The notes: generated by a model from the letters alone, not told the origin. Shown: positions 1 to 11,930, counted from the first letter of the stretch. The stretch: DNA of 64,000 nucleotides from Octopus sinensis (GCF_006345805.1 NC_043000.1:10540001-10604000); one strand, 5' to 3'. A program made the numbers and translations.

Positions 1-516
1 ATTGTTTGTTGGGGAAAAACTTAGAAAAAAATTTGCTTTGGAGGATCATTCCCTGCCCCCACTGGACATCTTTTAGTTAAATGCACATCTTTTAGTGAAA
101 TTTTCCAAAGGTATGTTTTCAATAGTGTAGATTACAATTATCTACATAAAATTTGAAAAAAAATTGCTTACAAGAGAAAAGTTGATGGGGCACACTTTTG
201 TAGACACTTAATGAATGCCTACACGAATATGGCTTGACCAATCAGCATTGACTGACTTGTTACAGTTGATCAGATGAATTTCAAAGGAAATGAGTGTGTT
301 TTTCTACCAAATAGTTTAGTTGAAGGTTCTGGAAACTTTTGCTTGCAGTCATAAAAAGTCGGTGCATTTCATCTCAGACTAGAACCATTCAGCAATCCAC
401 ACAAAGCTGTCTCTCTGCTAAAGTAAGTTGATCTTTCTCCCACTTTCATTTTTCTTACTTAACATGCTAGTATTGTATTCAATAAAAATCTACCAACCTT
501 GACTATAGTGTCAAAT

Positions 517-550
<34 letters not shown>

Positions 551-2254
551 TACAAGCATACACATTGCTTAAATACAATAATTTAAACTCTTTCTATTTA
601 TTTTGTTATCAATAACTATGAACTACTTTCATAATATCATCTCACCATAATATTATAGAAGTAATATTAAAGAAAATTCGTTCCACTCTATTATTTTCTT
701 TATTTCATGAATGTTGTTTCATTAAATTCTTGTTGTGTACAAATACAAATATAAATGATGTGACGTAATAAAAATGTAAGAAAATTTAAATAAAAATTAA
801 TGTAGTTGTTCTTATTATCATATACAGTCTACTTAAAACTGTGTACTACCAATGAAGAATTAATGAATAAAACTCTGCACTAAAGTATTAGTCCTTCTGA
901 CTCTCCTGTTTTCTTAATGCGACATTGGGATCTTTTCTGTTTGACTGTGCCTGTGGAAATTTTAAAGTTTGGTAAAAATTTTTAAATTTGGTGTATTGAT
1001 GTAATTTTCCACGCTGAATCTCAGAGGCTAATTCACTTTTTCCAGAAAATTAAAAAAAAAAGTTACAGAAGTTTAAAGTTTGATTATTTTTACCCAGTTG
1101 GAAAACAGGATTTGGAAGCTATCATTTTGTGTCTGACTGCACATGTTGTCAACTGTAAACAAATGAAATATTGGCAGAATTCTGCTTTATGCACGCCATA
1201 TATTTAATTTTTGGAATTTTCAGAAAATTTTTGTGAATTTGTATTCTATACGCGAGAATTCATACGATTATGCAAAAACTAACTAAAAATATCTTGGTGT
1301 GTGATATAAGGCTTATTTAACTATTAATTTTAACACATATCACGGTCCCTGTGTTTTATGCATTTTATAAGCGAAGAACGACCATGTGGGTAAGCAGCTC
1401 CGTAACAGCTTGGCTTGTTACTATGGACACAGGCAGCTATATGTCTGTGGCTTTCGACTGGCTAGAATTACCCAAAATTCCCAAACTTTAAAGTTATAAA
1501 CTTGTTATTTATAGATTTATAACAAAAATTAATTCCATACAAAACTACATCAACACATCAAATATGAAACCAATTGGAACAAAAATCGAAGAAATCGAAA
1601 AGTGGCAGCCAAACAGAAAGGATCCCGACACTACGTTAATGAATTGAAGACACTTATTCTGCGACCCTATAAATCTCGCGTGTATATTAATATTCAAACA
1701 ATGAATGTAACAACCTGAAAGAAAACCGTAGCTTTGTACAATTTTAACGGAGAAATTTTTAACTCGATGGAAAATGGGATGATTGAAAGTTACCCATAGG
1801 GCGGGAAAGGTGGGTTTGCAATACAATATCTTTTATTTATTAAAAGCACGTCGATCTAATAGTTTTTACAGCAAAAATTCGTGAATGTTCTTTCCTAAAC
1901 AATAAATTCTTTTCATGTACAAGCATTTATTAACAGAATAAAGTTGAAAGTTTCGTATTATGTTCAACTAGTATGTAAAATTCAAACTGAAGTTCTTTGC
2001 TAAAAACGTCAGTGAAAATTGAGAGAGAGAGAGTTGCGTGCATACTAGGTTAGTCCGCCATGACAATGAGAGACCGTGCCTGCAAATATGATACAGATTT
2101 TGAAAACAACCATAGGCTGGGATAAGACTTCCGAGAAAAGTTGCTGGGGGTGTCGCACTGATTGGCCAATTTTTTAGCCAGTTTTAGCCAATGTAAAGCG
2201 TCAAGACGAGATTGTTGGATCAATTCAGCCTTTGCTGAAAATTCATATAAGAAA

Positions 2255-2891
2255 CTAGCAGTATCACCCGGCGTTGCTCGGGTTTGTAAGGGAAATAACT
2301 ATATAAGCATTTTTAGAGAGTTATAGCCAAAAAAGAGCAAAAAATGCATTAAAAATGGAAAAAATATGATGGTAAATTTTTTGAAAAATCGTTGACTCAT
2401 CGTAGACATTTTTAGAGAGTTACTTCCCTTATATAATAGCGAAAAAATGCATTAAAATGGGAAAAAAACGATGGTAATTTTTTTTTTAAATCGTAGACTC
2501 ATGTAGACGCTTTCTTAGCCATTTCTGTTTTGGTGTCTCCAAGCCATGAAGTCGTTGTTCTAAAAGAACGCTGGTCTCCTTGACAACGCATTACGACGTT
2601 GATTTCCTTACACTCCCTTCCCCACAGGTGCAGGTGTGAGCGTGGACGCCAACTCCGCCGCCATCGACACACGAAAAATTATGCATTAAAAATGGAATAA
2701 AAAATGATGTTAAATTATTTTTAAATCGTAGACTCATCGTAGACGCGCGCTAATACTCAGACGGGCTCGATATGAATCACGACTATAAGATACCCGAATT
2801 TGGTTAAACTGCACCGCAAAATGTGGGAGTAGTTAGGAATCTAAATCGAAGGGGACAGACACTCACACAACTACAGTTTTATATATATAGA
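2255..2891 (-). mobile_element. Non-autonomous Helitron-like element, family A (~640 bp)
   Basis: Minus strand begins A|TCTATATATATAAAA and ends with the hairpin CCCGAGCAACGCCGGG followed by GATACTG-CTAG|T. A/T insertion site, no TSD. Same family as 45988-47368. Confidence 0.8.
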
Positions 2892-2899
2892 TATACATA

Positions 2900-3200
2900 G
2901 CGCAGTAGTGGTGAGATGTGACAGCAAAGAAAAGCATACATTCACTCTCTGCATGCAATTAGACTCGGAAAGTTCGTGAGGAACCCATTGACCCAATTTG
3001 CTGACTTTTCCGATAGCACACAGGTCTCAATGAATGGTTGAATGACCAAATCCAAGCTTCTCTGCTAGTTCCTCAACAGTTACGATGAGATTTTGTTCCA
3101 CCAGGGTTTTCAGGAAGTCCTTGTCGAGTTCTACAGATCTTTCAGGATGAGGCTCGTCTTCTAGGCTGTTCCAATATAGCTTTGAAAAAAATAGCTGTTA
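2900..3200 (-). pseudogene. Mariner transposase fragment (second HTH plus WVPHEL linker)
   Basis: Minus strand translates SLEDEPHPERSVELDKDFLKTLVEQNLIVTVEELAEKLGFGHSTIH*DLCAIGKVSKLGQWVPHELSESNCMQRVNVC. WVPHEL is the mariner linker motif. One internal stop. Confidence 0.9.
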
Positions 3201-3344
3201 AAATCGAAATGCACTCTTCAAAACTTGCACTATGAATAAGGACAAGATAAAATTACTACCTGCTTTTATAGCAAGTTAATATAAGTAGTTTATCCCATTC
3301 CCCTCTGACTTTTAGTTCAAGCTGTTGAAAAAACCGCATTATTA

Positions 3345-3358
3345 TATACATACATACA

Positions 3359-3390
<32 letters not shown>

Positions 3391-3630
3391 CACACACACA
3401 CTCTCTCTCTCACACACACACATGCACACATTTATATTCTGTTATTCTTTTATATGTTTCAGCCTTGAGGTTGTGGCCATGCTGGATCATGTGTGTGTGT
3501 GTGTGTGTCTATCTGTCTGTCTGTCTGTATGTATATATGTATATGTATGTGTGTGAACAATAATATTTTCAACAGATGTGTTGCAAATGTATCTGATTGT
3601 TCTCAAGCTTCAATACTGTGTGTGTGTGTA

Positions 3631-3661
<31 letters not shown>

Positions 3662-3672
3662 ATGTATGTATG

Positions 3673-3703
<31 letters not shown>

Positions 3704-3748
3704 GTGTATGTATGTATGTGTGTGTGTATGTATGTATGTATGTATCTC

Positions 3749-3779
<31 letters not shown>

Positions 3780-3810
3780 ATGTATGTATGTATGTATGTA
3801 TGTATGAGTG
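3345..3810. repeat. Compound (CATA)n/(CA)n and (TG)n/(TATG)n microsatellites around a short SINE-tail fragment
   Basis: Directly visible. Explains the MYVC/HTYI-repeat ORFs. Confidence 0.95.
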
Positions 3811-3869
3811 TATGTTTACTTTATTACTAACACAAGCCACTACGGTTATTTAAAGTCTTCCTCAAATCA

Positions 3870-4257
3870 CTATCTCTGGCTATTTACTCTCTTCCAAGAA
3901 CATTTTCACTCACTCTTATGTGTTAGCTTCCCATACATTTTACTCATGTATCTATCAGCGTGATAGAGAGAAACAAATATTACATCTAGTTTCACTTTAT
4001 TCGTTGCCCACTGTGTGTGTGCGTTTGCGTGTGGTGTAAACCAGACTAAGAAAAGCATTTGACACACACACCAGAATGTGAGTTTTCTGTAAATTTTGCT
4101 TAATTGGAGTTTAAATTTTAAAAACTGGACCTGGCATGACGCGATGCATTGTACTCTTAAAAATGGTAGGTAAATTGTAATTGAAGAAATCCTATATTGT
4201 AGATTTGTATAACTCCCAAAGGGAGGCAGATAAAATCTGCCTTTTATAATAAGAGAT
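3870..4257 (-). mobile_element. Possible Helitron/Helentron-type 5' fragment
   Basis: Minus strand starts ATCTCTTATTATAAAAGGCAGA with a subterminal inverted repeat AGGCAGAT...ATCTGCCT. No 3' CTAG hairpin found. Confidence 0.3.
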
Positions 4258-4899
4258 GAATTAGGCTAATAGGAGGAAGTGTTAATAATTTCTGCTACAT
4301 CTCGAATTGCTGTTTTGATAGTTAATATGTAGGTTAGCTGAGTTTAATAATGGAAACAAACTATGAGAGCTAGGCGTGTACAAATCACTACCTAACTATC
4401 ATATTTTCCTCCTTTAAACGCTAGGCTTTTAACATCCTCCCCAATTTTAACATTTCGTTCAAACCATGCACTTGATGCTACTAATTCATGAGAACCACAT
4501 TATCAGCATTAGGCTTTTCAAATCTTCTTACAATTCTGATCTGATTTGGGGACTTTATATAACCACTTCTTGAAGATCAACACCATCGCCATTAGGCTGT
4601 ATTTGCCGAATAGGTATTAACCGTTGCGCAAGGTGTTTTACTTAAGGCATTCATTGTGTATCTCTAACAGTGAACGGTGCTAATTACTCAATTGCGACAA
4701 GCTGCAAAAGACGATCATCCTTTTTAATTTATTGCAGATAGTCTTTCTTGAATTCGAACTTGAAATGTTTCACTGCAAAAGTCAAAACTGCTGGCGAATA
4801 ATATTACTGTATTTGGCAGTATTGACTAGAGATAGATGCTTCTAATGATTAATAATTCAATATTTGGTTATATTAACCAGTTTACTTATATTTTTTCCA

Positions 4900-7100
4900 G
4901 CCAATCAGTTTTGGCATAATTTAACGTTACATTTTGTAGGGCAGTAGGAAACAAAATGAATAGTTTCATTTTCGCACCCAAATGTTTCATAGAATGTTCT
5001 AGAATATTTTGACGGGCTTATAAACACCTCTGAGTTCAGCTCCCTACATGGAATTACCTTGCTGCGACAGAGGTTATGTGTCATTACACCTTCGTTTAGT
5101 AAGATATTTTCATCCCTCAATTTTCCCTCTAAAACTGCGTTCACAACTACTCTTATCTGTTCATTATTTTTTCAGCAGATAATAACTTACATACAACCAC
5201 CTGAGATACTTCAATAATTAGCTAAAGTTTTATTCAAGTAGTAGTGGAAATGCTTGAGGGTAGCTTTTACCGTTTGCACAACCCTTTCAGCTGCACCGGA
5301 TGCAAACTGATAAGTGAGTGTCAATCTTTCTACAACTCATTGATAACAACTTTATATCAAGAGCAACGAATTCAGAGCTATTGTTTGATAGTAAGGTAGT
5401 AGATTCTCCAAAGCGAAAGAATACTTCTATAGCATACACTCGAGTGAAATTCCTCTCCTCCCTTTATTATATATACGTGCATTAGAACGTAGCAGGCAAC
5501 AGCTAGCCTTTGGCTGCTATATGGACCCCGTTGTGTCCACTACTCTGATTGGTTAGTATTGGCGCAATTTGTCTCTTATTCTGTCGCGCCAGTTTGCCGC
5601 ATATAACCAATCGGAGCCTATAAATAGATCACGTGAGACAGCCTGTTCTCAACCCAGTTTTTGAGTCTGCGGCTCCTTATAAAAATTCACCTTTCCTCCT
5701 TTCGAGGTCTTTTGGTTTCATACCTTTTTAGGTCTAGCCACTGACCACACAAGACACAGCTAGTTCCATCACGACACCACAGCAGCCACGTTGAGACTTA
5801 CCAACTTTGTCCAACAGCATTACGGCAACCTCCTTCGTCGCCACCATTGTCGTTAACGTCGTTACGTACACAGCTCAGCAAGCATTTCACCCAGGTTCCA
5901 ACACTTCACTGTTTGTGAATTAGTTCACCATGGATCATCAGCAAATATACAACCTGCAAGAACTCCTGTACCAAGTGACCCAGACACCAGTATCACATCC
6001 ACGACTTTACATACGACATGTACCTGTAACCGGCTCAGTATCATGGCTGCGACTTCTCGATACAGTATTTCAACTACAGTGTACAATTGACTACGAACTG
6101 GTATTCTCTTTCTTGTGTACATGAATTCTCTTCTCACTTCGATGGCTATAGACTCTTTCACTGTCTCCTTCATTGCCATTCTTATATGTTCTTAACACGC
6201 GCGTACATCTACGCTTACACGCATACATGCCTTTGTTCTTATGAAGGCCTGCCTGTTATTCTGTGTATATGACACAGACACATGTTAACACATCAATAAA
6301 TCTCTTAATCATTCAACGCGTTGTGTTTCCTTTTTTCCTCTGGCACTTATGGGTACCATTCAAATTATATATTTATCGTATCGACCGTGTGATGCACTAT
6401 AGAGCTATTCTCATCACCTCGCATTGCTCGGTCCTTACACTTCATTCAATTCACTTTTTACTACTTTAGTTGTTCAATCTGGATATACAAATGCTTCTAT
6501 CTGTGTTGAATACGAATCCACTCTGATTAAAATATTGCCAATATTTGAGATATATGCTTTAGCCACATAAACACGTTCCACACAGCTCTCAATCAACGTA
6601 TGTATCATCAGTTTTTATTAGATGCGACCTGAACTTTTAACAACTTCTGCAATCTAGTTTGATTAGTCTTGAAACAGGAAATGAAACATCAACGACTTCT
6701 TATTATGAAGGCATTGTCACGAATCAATATGTCTCTGAGACATAATATGGAGGAATTGGAAATTATTTGATAAATAGCCAAAAGTCAAAAAGAAATTGTT
6801 AGCGTCAGGACGATCTATTTATTTTACTTACATCTGTCATCAGTGAGAGGCGGCATCCAGCTTAGATGTCTTTTAATGCATCAGACAACTTAACTAATAA
6901 ATGTAATTCGAACATCAACGCCATCAGAGAGAAACATCCTGCTTTAAAACGTCCTGTTTCTATTTTTATAATGACAGATATAGTCATACACCGACTTCTT
7001 TCATCGATGAAAGGCTTTACCGTTATTTCTGATGATAATTTGAAAATGTAAACAATATCATAATCAATGTTTAGCAACTAAAGTGCAGACGTTACGGATT
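4900..7100 (-). pseudogene. Decayed Ty3/Gypsy pol (integrase core), split by a solo LTR
   Basis: Removing 5428-6439 and one TSD restores LIRVDSYSTQIEAFVYPD*TTKVVKSELNE|VFFRFGESTTLLSNNSSEF, then ASGAAERVVQTVKATLK after a frameshift. These match the integrase motifs VDxYS, FxRFGxPxxxxSDNG and NGxAERxVQTVK. Outer limits approximate. Confidence 0.75.
5428..6439 (+). mobile_element. Solo LTR (~1.0 kb), copy 1
   Basis: Termini TATAG(TG-like)...TTACA, 4-bp TSD CTTC (5424-5427 and 6440-6443). Internal CCAAT boxes, TATAAATAG, and AATAAA near the 3' end. Homologous to 25493-26477. Confidence 0.8.
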
Positions 7101-7421
7101 TGCAGAAACTTCACACCGCTTCGTTACAGATACTTTGTGTTACATCTAAAGTCAATACATTTACATTTTGGAGACCTTCAAAGAGTTCTGAAATGTTGTT
7201 CTTTTTCTTTTGTTCATTTATTTGTTTCAGTCGTGTAACTGCGGCCATGTTGGAGCACCACCTTAAGGGATTTTAGTCGAACAAATCAACCCCAGGACTT
7301 ATTCTTTGTAAGCCTAGTACTTATTCTATCAGGTTGTTTTGCCGAACTGCTAAGTTATGGGGACATGAACCCAACAACATCGGTTGCCAAGCGATGGTGA
7401 GGGGAGGGACAAACATAGACA

Positions 7422-7467
<46 letters not shown>

Positions 7468-7480
7468 CACATATATATAT

Positions 7481-7589
7481 ATTACAGGTGAATGCTTGTT
7501 TATAGGGTTACCCTGGGTTTCTCGCCATAAAGATACTCTTTATGATGAGAAACCCAGGGTAACCCTATAAACAGGCCTTTACCAGTAAT
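7481..7589. repeat. Short hairpin/MITE-like inverted repeat
   Basis: Perfect 27-bp stem (7497-7523 / 7547-7573), continued by CATAAAGA/TCTTTATG with a 3-nt loop. Confidence 0.85.
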
Positions 7590-7675
7590 GAATATAGACC
7601 GCCATACTTCTTAGAGTGTGCTTCTTCTCCGTTTTTATGTTTTTCTAATCCCACCCCACAAAAAAAAAAACAACG

Positions 7676-7752
<77 letters not shown>

Positions 7753-7852
7753 AAAAGAAAATGGATATAATAACAATGGGGAACTCCTGGCTTATGCTGG
7801 CATGTCTTTAATTAAATAGGTAACAAAGAAGTAAGAAGCAGAGATGAGGGTG

Positions 7853-7903
7853 GCATTTACGATCGTTTCGATTTACTGGAGTAAGCAAATCTCTTCAGAA
7901 TGC
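7853..7903 (-). ncRNA. Type I minimal hammerhead ribozyme
   Basis: Minus strand: GCAUU (stem I) CUGAAGA GAUUUGCU-UACUCC-AGUAAAUC (stem II) GAAA C-GAUC-G UA | AAUGC (stem I). All conserved core nucleotides present. Stem III ACGAUCGU is self-complementary. Confidence 0.8.
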
Positions 7904-7993
7904 GAGTATAGATACATGTGTCGGTTAGGATGCGAAAATGATTGATACATATGTGATGGTAATATAAACAAATTGGTAATTCTTACATTGAAA

Positions 7994-8042
<49 letters not shown>

Positions 8043-8401
8043 AGGCATTTTTTTCCCAAATACGCCAGCTAAACTAAGTTGTACTGTCTATTAGTCGTAA
8101 GTCACCCGCTGTTTTTGTCCTGTTTTTACCATTATTGTTATTTGTATTTTATATTCGTGTGGCCTCGTCCGTTTTTCTGTCCCTGTTTCATATACATTCG
8201 ATCCTTTTTCCAAGAAATCTAATGCTCGTAGCTTAGTTTTTTCCTTGGGGCTGGCCGGATCGGAGCGATCTCAAGATTAATCAGCCGAAATTGCGAAGAT
8301 GATCCGGTTCTTGATTGAAGATTGAAGGCTTCGAATGCCCCATCCGTGTTTTTTGTATCGTCTTCTAAATGTTTTGCGTTCTTGTCCCAGTTTGTAATTT
8401 T

Positions 8402-8436
<35 letters not shown>

Positions 8437-9284
8437 CGGGATTCTTTCGGTTTCCGTCAACCAAATCCACTCACAAGGCTTTGGTCGGCCCGATATCATA
8501 GTGGAAGACACTTGCCCAAGGTGCCGCGCAGTGGTTGAGAAGCAAGCTTCTTACCACACAGCCACGCCTGCGCCTATGTTATCTTTGAACATTGAGAACT
8601 TTTATCAAAATACTTCAGTAGATTCAACAAAATGCAGGAACGACTGGTATTAATTTTAAACTAGAATTTTTAAAAAATCAAATATGCTGTAGTTGTTTGG
8701 ACCTAGATAATCTCGGAACGAGCAAATCTATGATTTAAAGCATTCCATCCCTGACCACTCTGTCTCTCCTTTACAGTGTGTCCGTTTTTTAAAGATAGCG
8801 GAGCATAATTCAAGACGACTTAAACTTATTTCCTTTGAAGTAACCGATCCATAAAGAGAAAAATACATTTGCAGTAGACAGTAATTATATCAAATTCTCA
8901 ATGCTCACCAACAATAATTATAATGGCTGATGGCTTTTGACACTGGTGGCTTCTATTATTATATTTCCAATCGTTCACTTATTACAATCCATTCAAATTT
9001 AAACACCCTACCACTACCACCACCACCACCAACGCTGACTGCAAATATCTTAATTAATCAATTGCAATTGCCCCCAGATACGAAGTTAAATTATTTCACA
9101 GTAATGTGAGCACCCTCATTCATTTTGATAAGTAGCTAAATATAACCATTACGAGCAACTTGATTGGGAAAATTTTACTACGAAGCTTTTAAAACACGAA
9201 CTCGGATAAAAGAACTGAAATTAAAATAAGACGTTAAACTTGAAAAAAAAAATCATTTCAAGGATTATATATATATATATATAA

Positions 9285-9504
9285 TTTGTGTTTTACTTGT
9301 TTTAGCCATTAGTCTAAAACCATGTTGGGACGCCGCCTTGAAGAAATTTTAGTCGAATGAATCGACCCCAGTACTTTATTTTAAAAAGCCTGGTACTTAT
9401 TCTATCGTTCTCTTTTGGCAAATGCTAACTTATAGAGATGTAAACACACCAACATCGGTTGTCAAACGGTGAGGTGAGGCGACAAACACACACACACACA
9501 CACA

Positions 9505-9545
<41 letters not shown>
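9285..9545 (-). mobile_element. SINE family 1, 3' half
   Basis: Matches the family-1 tail (gaccccagtac...tctatcg...cggttgtcaa) plus (CA)n. Confidence 0.8.
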
Positions 9546-9554
<9 letters not shown>

Positions 9555-9556
<2 letters not shown>

Positions 9557-9732
9557 GGTAAAGACCCACCCCCTTGGGTCATGAATGACATGCGATTACA
9601 CATGTCCGGGCAAAGTTGTTTATGTAAGACCAGCAGTCGCCCATGCATACCAGTTTCTTTTCTCTACGCCACCAATGTTATCCAAGGGAAAGGTAATGGT
9701 CAATACAGATTAGCACCAGTGACGTCGCAAGT
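9555..9732 (-). mobile_element. SINE family 3, 3' part
   Basis: Reverse complement of the 3' part of 11598-11930 (gcgacgtcactggt...gcatgggcgactgctggtctt). Confidence 0.7.
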
Positions 9733-10397
9733 TTTGATCGGGTGAGGCTTAGGCTTAGTGCCTGTCCAACAGTGATTGCATCATCCATACTCTCAACAGT
9801 GCGCCTTTAAATATGGTCTCTGATTATAAATATCTTGGGTCATACATATCATCATCTGGAAAAGACTTTCTAACTAGAAAGGGTATGGCCTGGTCAGCCT
9901 GTAATGACATGCATAAGATCTGGTCATCAAATCTAAGTAGAGACTTCAAACTTGAAATATTCAAAGCCACAGTCGAACCAATTCTACTATATGGCTCAGA
10001 AACCTGGACATTATCGAAGAAGCTTGAGAGGCGGTTGGATGGAACCTACACTCGCCTCCTTATGAGAGCTCAAAATCTCTCGTGGAAGCGCCATCCAACC
10101 AAAATGCAAATATATGGGAGACTACCACCTGTGTCATCTCTTGTGAAAGGTAGGAGAGTCCAGTTTGCTGGACATTGTTGTAGAGCTGAAAAAGAAATAA
10201 TTTCTACTCTTCTCCTCTGGAAGCCATCTACTCGCAATACCAGAGGGCGCACACTCTCCTACCCTGATGTAATCTCCAGGGATACAGGCATCCAGCAACA
10301 GGACCTCCGTAATGCTATGATGGACCGTGAAGTCTGGCGTAACATAGTAAATTCCATTGTCTCGACCACGGTCGAACAATGATGATGATGATGATGA
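9733..10397 (+). mobile_element. 5'-truncated RTE-clade LINE insertion with (GAT)n tail
   Basis: Flanked by the 13-bp TSD TGACGTCGCAAGT (9720-9732 and 10398-10410). The tail follows the stop codon directly. Confidence 0.9.
9813..10382 (+). CDS. RTE LINE ORF2 C-terminal fragment (end of RT, thumb, C-terminal region), 189 aa uninterrupted
   Basis: Motifs DYKYLGSYI, LLYGSETW, RRVQFAGHC and AMMDREVWR are typical of RTE-clade ORF2. Confidence 0.85.
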   Translation: MVSDYKYLGSYISSSGKDFLTRKGMAWSACNDMHKIWSSNLSRDFKLEIFKATVEPILLYGSETWTLSKKLERRLDGTYTRLLMRAQNLSWKRHPTKMQIYGRLPPVSSLVKGRRVQFAGHCCRAEKEIISTLLLWKPSTRNTRGRTLSYPDVISRDTGIQQQDLRNAMMDREVWRNIVNSIVSTTVEQ

Positions 10398-10871
10398 TGA
10401 CGTCGCAAGTAGGCCTCGAAACCGGTTTTATATTATGATCAGTAAAACCGAAACGGATTTGCCAAAACTGATTTTAATGCTTGCTGTTTCATTTTTTTTT
10501 TTTTTTTCGCAAAACATTTCTCCATTTTTTTCTTTTGAAGAAATATCGTTGAAACTGAACTAACTGAACTATTGTCGGTCGATTTAAGTTGAAATTGCTG
10601 TCTGTTTCATTGAAATATATCGCAACATATCAATTCTAACTTTCTCTCCCCTTGAACCTTAGATCAGCACCTTGTCATTTCCTTCGCTAACCCCTGGCTG
10701 ACTCTTTGAATTTGGAGGTAGCAGAGTTTATTCATAGCAAGTCAAGGGGATGCTGTTTATCTTCAGTCAGGTGATCTTTCCGGTTGAGCATATGTAATAA
10801 CCAGTTCCAGATTCATTTCAAGGAAGTAACACTAACTAAATTTTTTCTTAATTATTTTCATTAGCCCTAGC

Positions 10872-11360
10872 ATGATAAAAAGAAAATCAACTGTTTGGAA
10901 TTTTTTTAGCTAGGAAAAACAAAGATGAAGCTCAATGCAATAAGTGTGATAAGATCATGAAGTCTTCTGGAGGATCTACTACGTCTCTGATCTTGCACTT
11001 GAAGAAAATTCATCAAATCGACATAAATCAAGATGCAAACCAACCTCCTGTGAAAATGACAAGAACAATGGAACACTTTTTAAGAAATCAATGGAAGAAG
11101 TTTCAAAGTTAGCTGCTATGGATGGATTCTCTTTCAATGCAATCGCCAAAAGCGATTTTATACAAAGAAATCTTCATAGTCAAAGTGGCAAATATGATAA
11201 ATTACAACCAACATTTGCAAACGGAGTCAGGAATATGGTAATGAATTATTATATAACCAAGAAAGAGTAACTTATTCATTATTTCGAAAAAGAAGTAGCG
11301 CTGGGGATTCGCTACTCATTGATATTGGATGAATACACATCAATTTAAAATAAACGATGT
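10872..11360 (+). pseudogene. hAT transposase N-terminal fragment (BED zinc finger to first catalytic Asp)
   Basis: STVWNFF/..EAQCNKCDKIMKSSGGSTTSLILHLKKIH (BED finger), LAAMDGFSFNAIAKSDFI, RYSLILDEYTSI*NKR. Frameshifts and stops present. Confidence 0.85.
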
Positions 11361-11597
11361 TTAACCCCAGGCTGGCCTTGGTTGAACGGGTTAATGATCA
11401 AAAACACTCCAGCTGTGATCATCCCGTTTTTTCTACAAGCAGAGAATCCAAGACCTCATTATCAAATATGTTCCTTCTTAAGATGGCAGGGCGTAATTTG
11501 AAAGAGATTTACTCGCTATTTCTAGTAATTCGTGGGATCACATAAAGACTTTTCTTTAGCTTGATGCTGCAGTAATAGGGATGTTGAATATGCGTCT

Positions 11598-11930
11598 GGT
11601 GAAAGCGCATGGCTAAGTAGTTAGAGCGTCGGGCTCACAATCATGAAATAGTGAGTTCAATTCCCAGACTGGGCTGTGTGTTGTGTTCTTGAGCAATATA
11701 CTTTATTTTCACTTTGCTCCAGTTCACTCAGCTGTAGAAATGAGTTGCGACGTCACTGGTACCCAAGCTGTATTAGCCTTTGCCTTTTCCTTGGAAGGCA
11801 TCGGTGGCGTGGAGAAGGGAGACTGGTATGCATGGGTGACTGCTGGTCTTCCATAAACAATATTGCCCTTGGGGAAAAACTTTCTAGGTGCAATCCCATC
11901 GTCATTCGTGACCGAAGAGGAGTTTTTACT
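11598..11930 (+). mobile_element. SINE family 3 (tRNA-derived)
   Basis: A-box-like TGGCTAAGTAG, B-box-like GAGTTCAATTCC, central ctccagttcactcagctgtagaaatgag segment. Confidence 0.75.

Larger units (their letters stand above)
7205..8576 (-). mobile_element. SINE family 1 (tRNA-like head, internal microsatellite), split by nested insertions
   Basis: The 3' half (7205-7480) and 5' half (8436-8576) match intact copies such as 58570-59005. About 950 bp of other material lies within the internal (CA)/(TA)n tract. Confidence 0.8.

Noticed and set aside
3493-3853. ORFs rich in MYVC/HTYI, and similar ORFs at 18498-18865, 28173-29022, 39877-40240 and 58532-59019
   Set aside because: Translations of microsatellites, with no coding signal.
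4905-5144. FGCENETIHFVSYCP as a LINE zinc knuckle
   Set aside because: It lies directly downstream of a clear Gypsy integrase core on the same strand, so it is better explained as decayed integrase C-terminal region.
7025-7050. CTGATGA-TAATTT-GAAA
   Set aside because: No stem II or stem I pairing. Chance match within the Gypsy relic.
11598-11680. tRNA genes at SINE heads (also 22680-22756 and 33330-33406)
   Set aside because: A and B boxes are present, but there is no complete cloverleaf and each continues into a SINE body.
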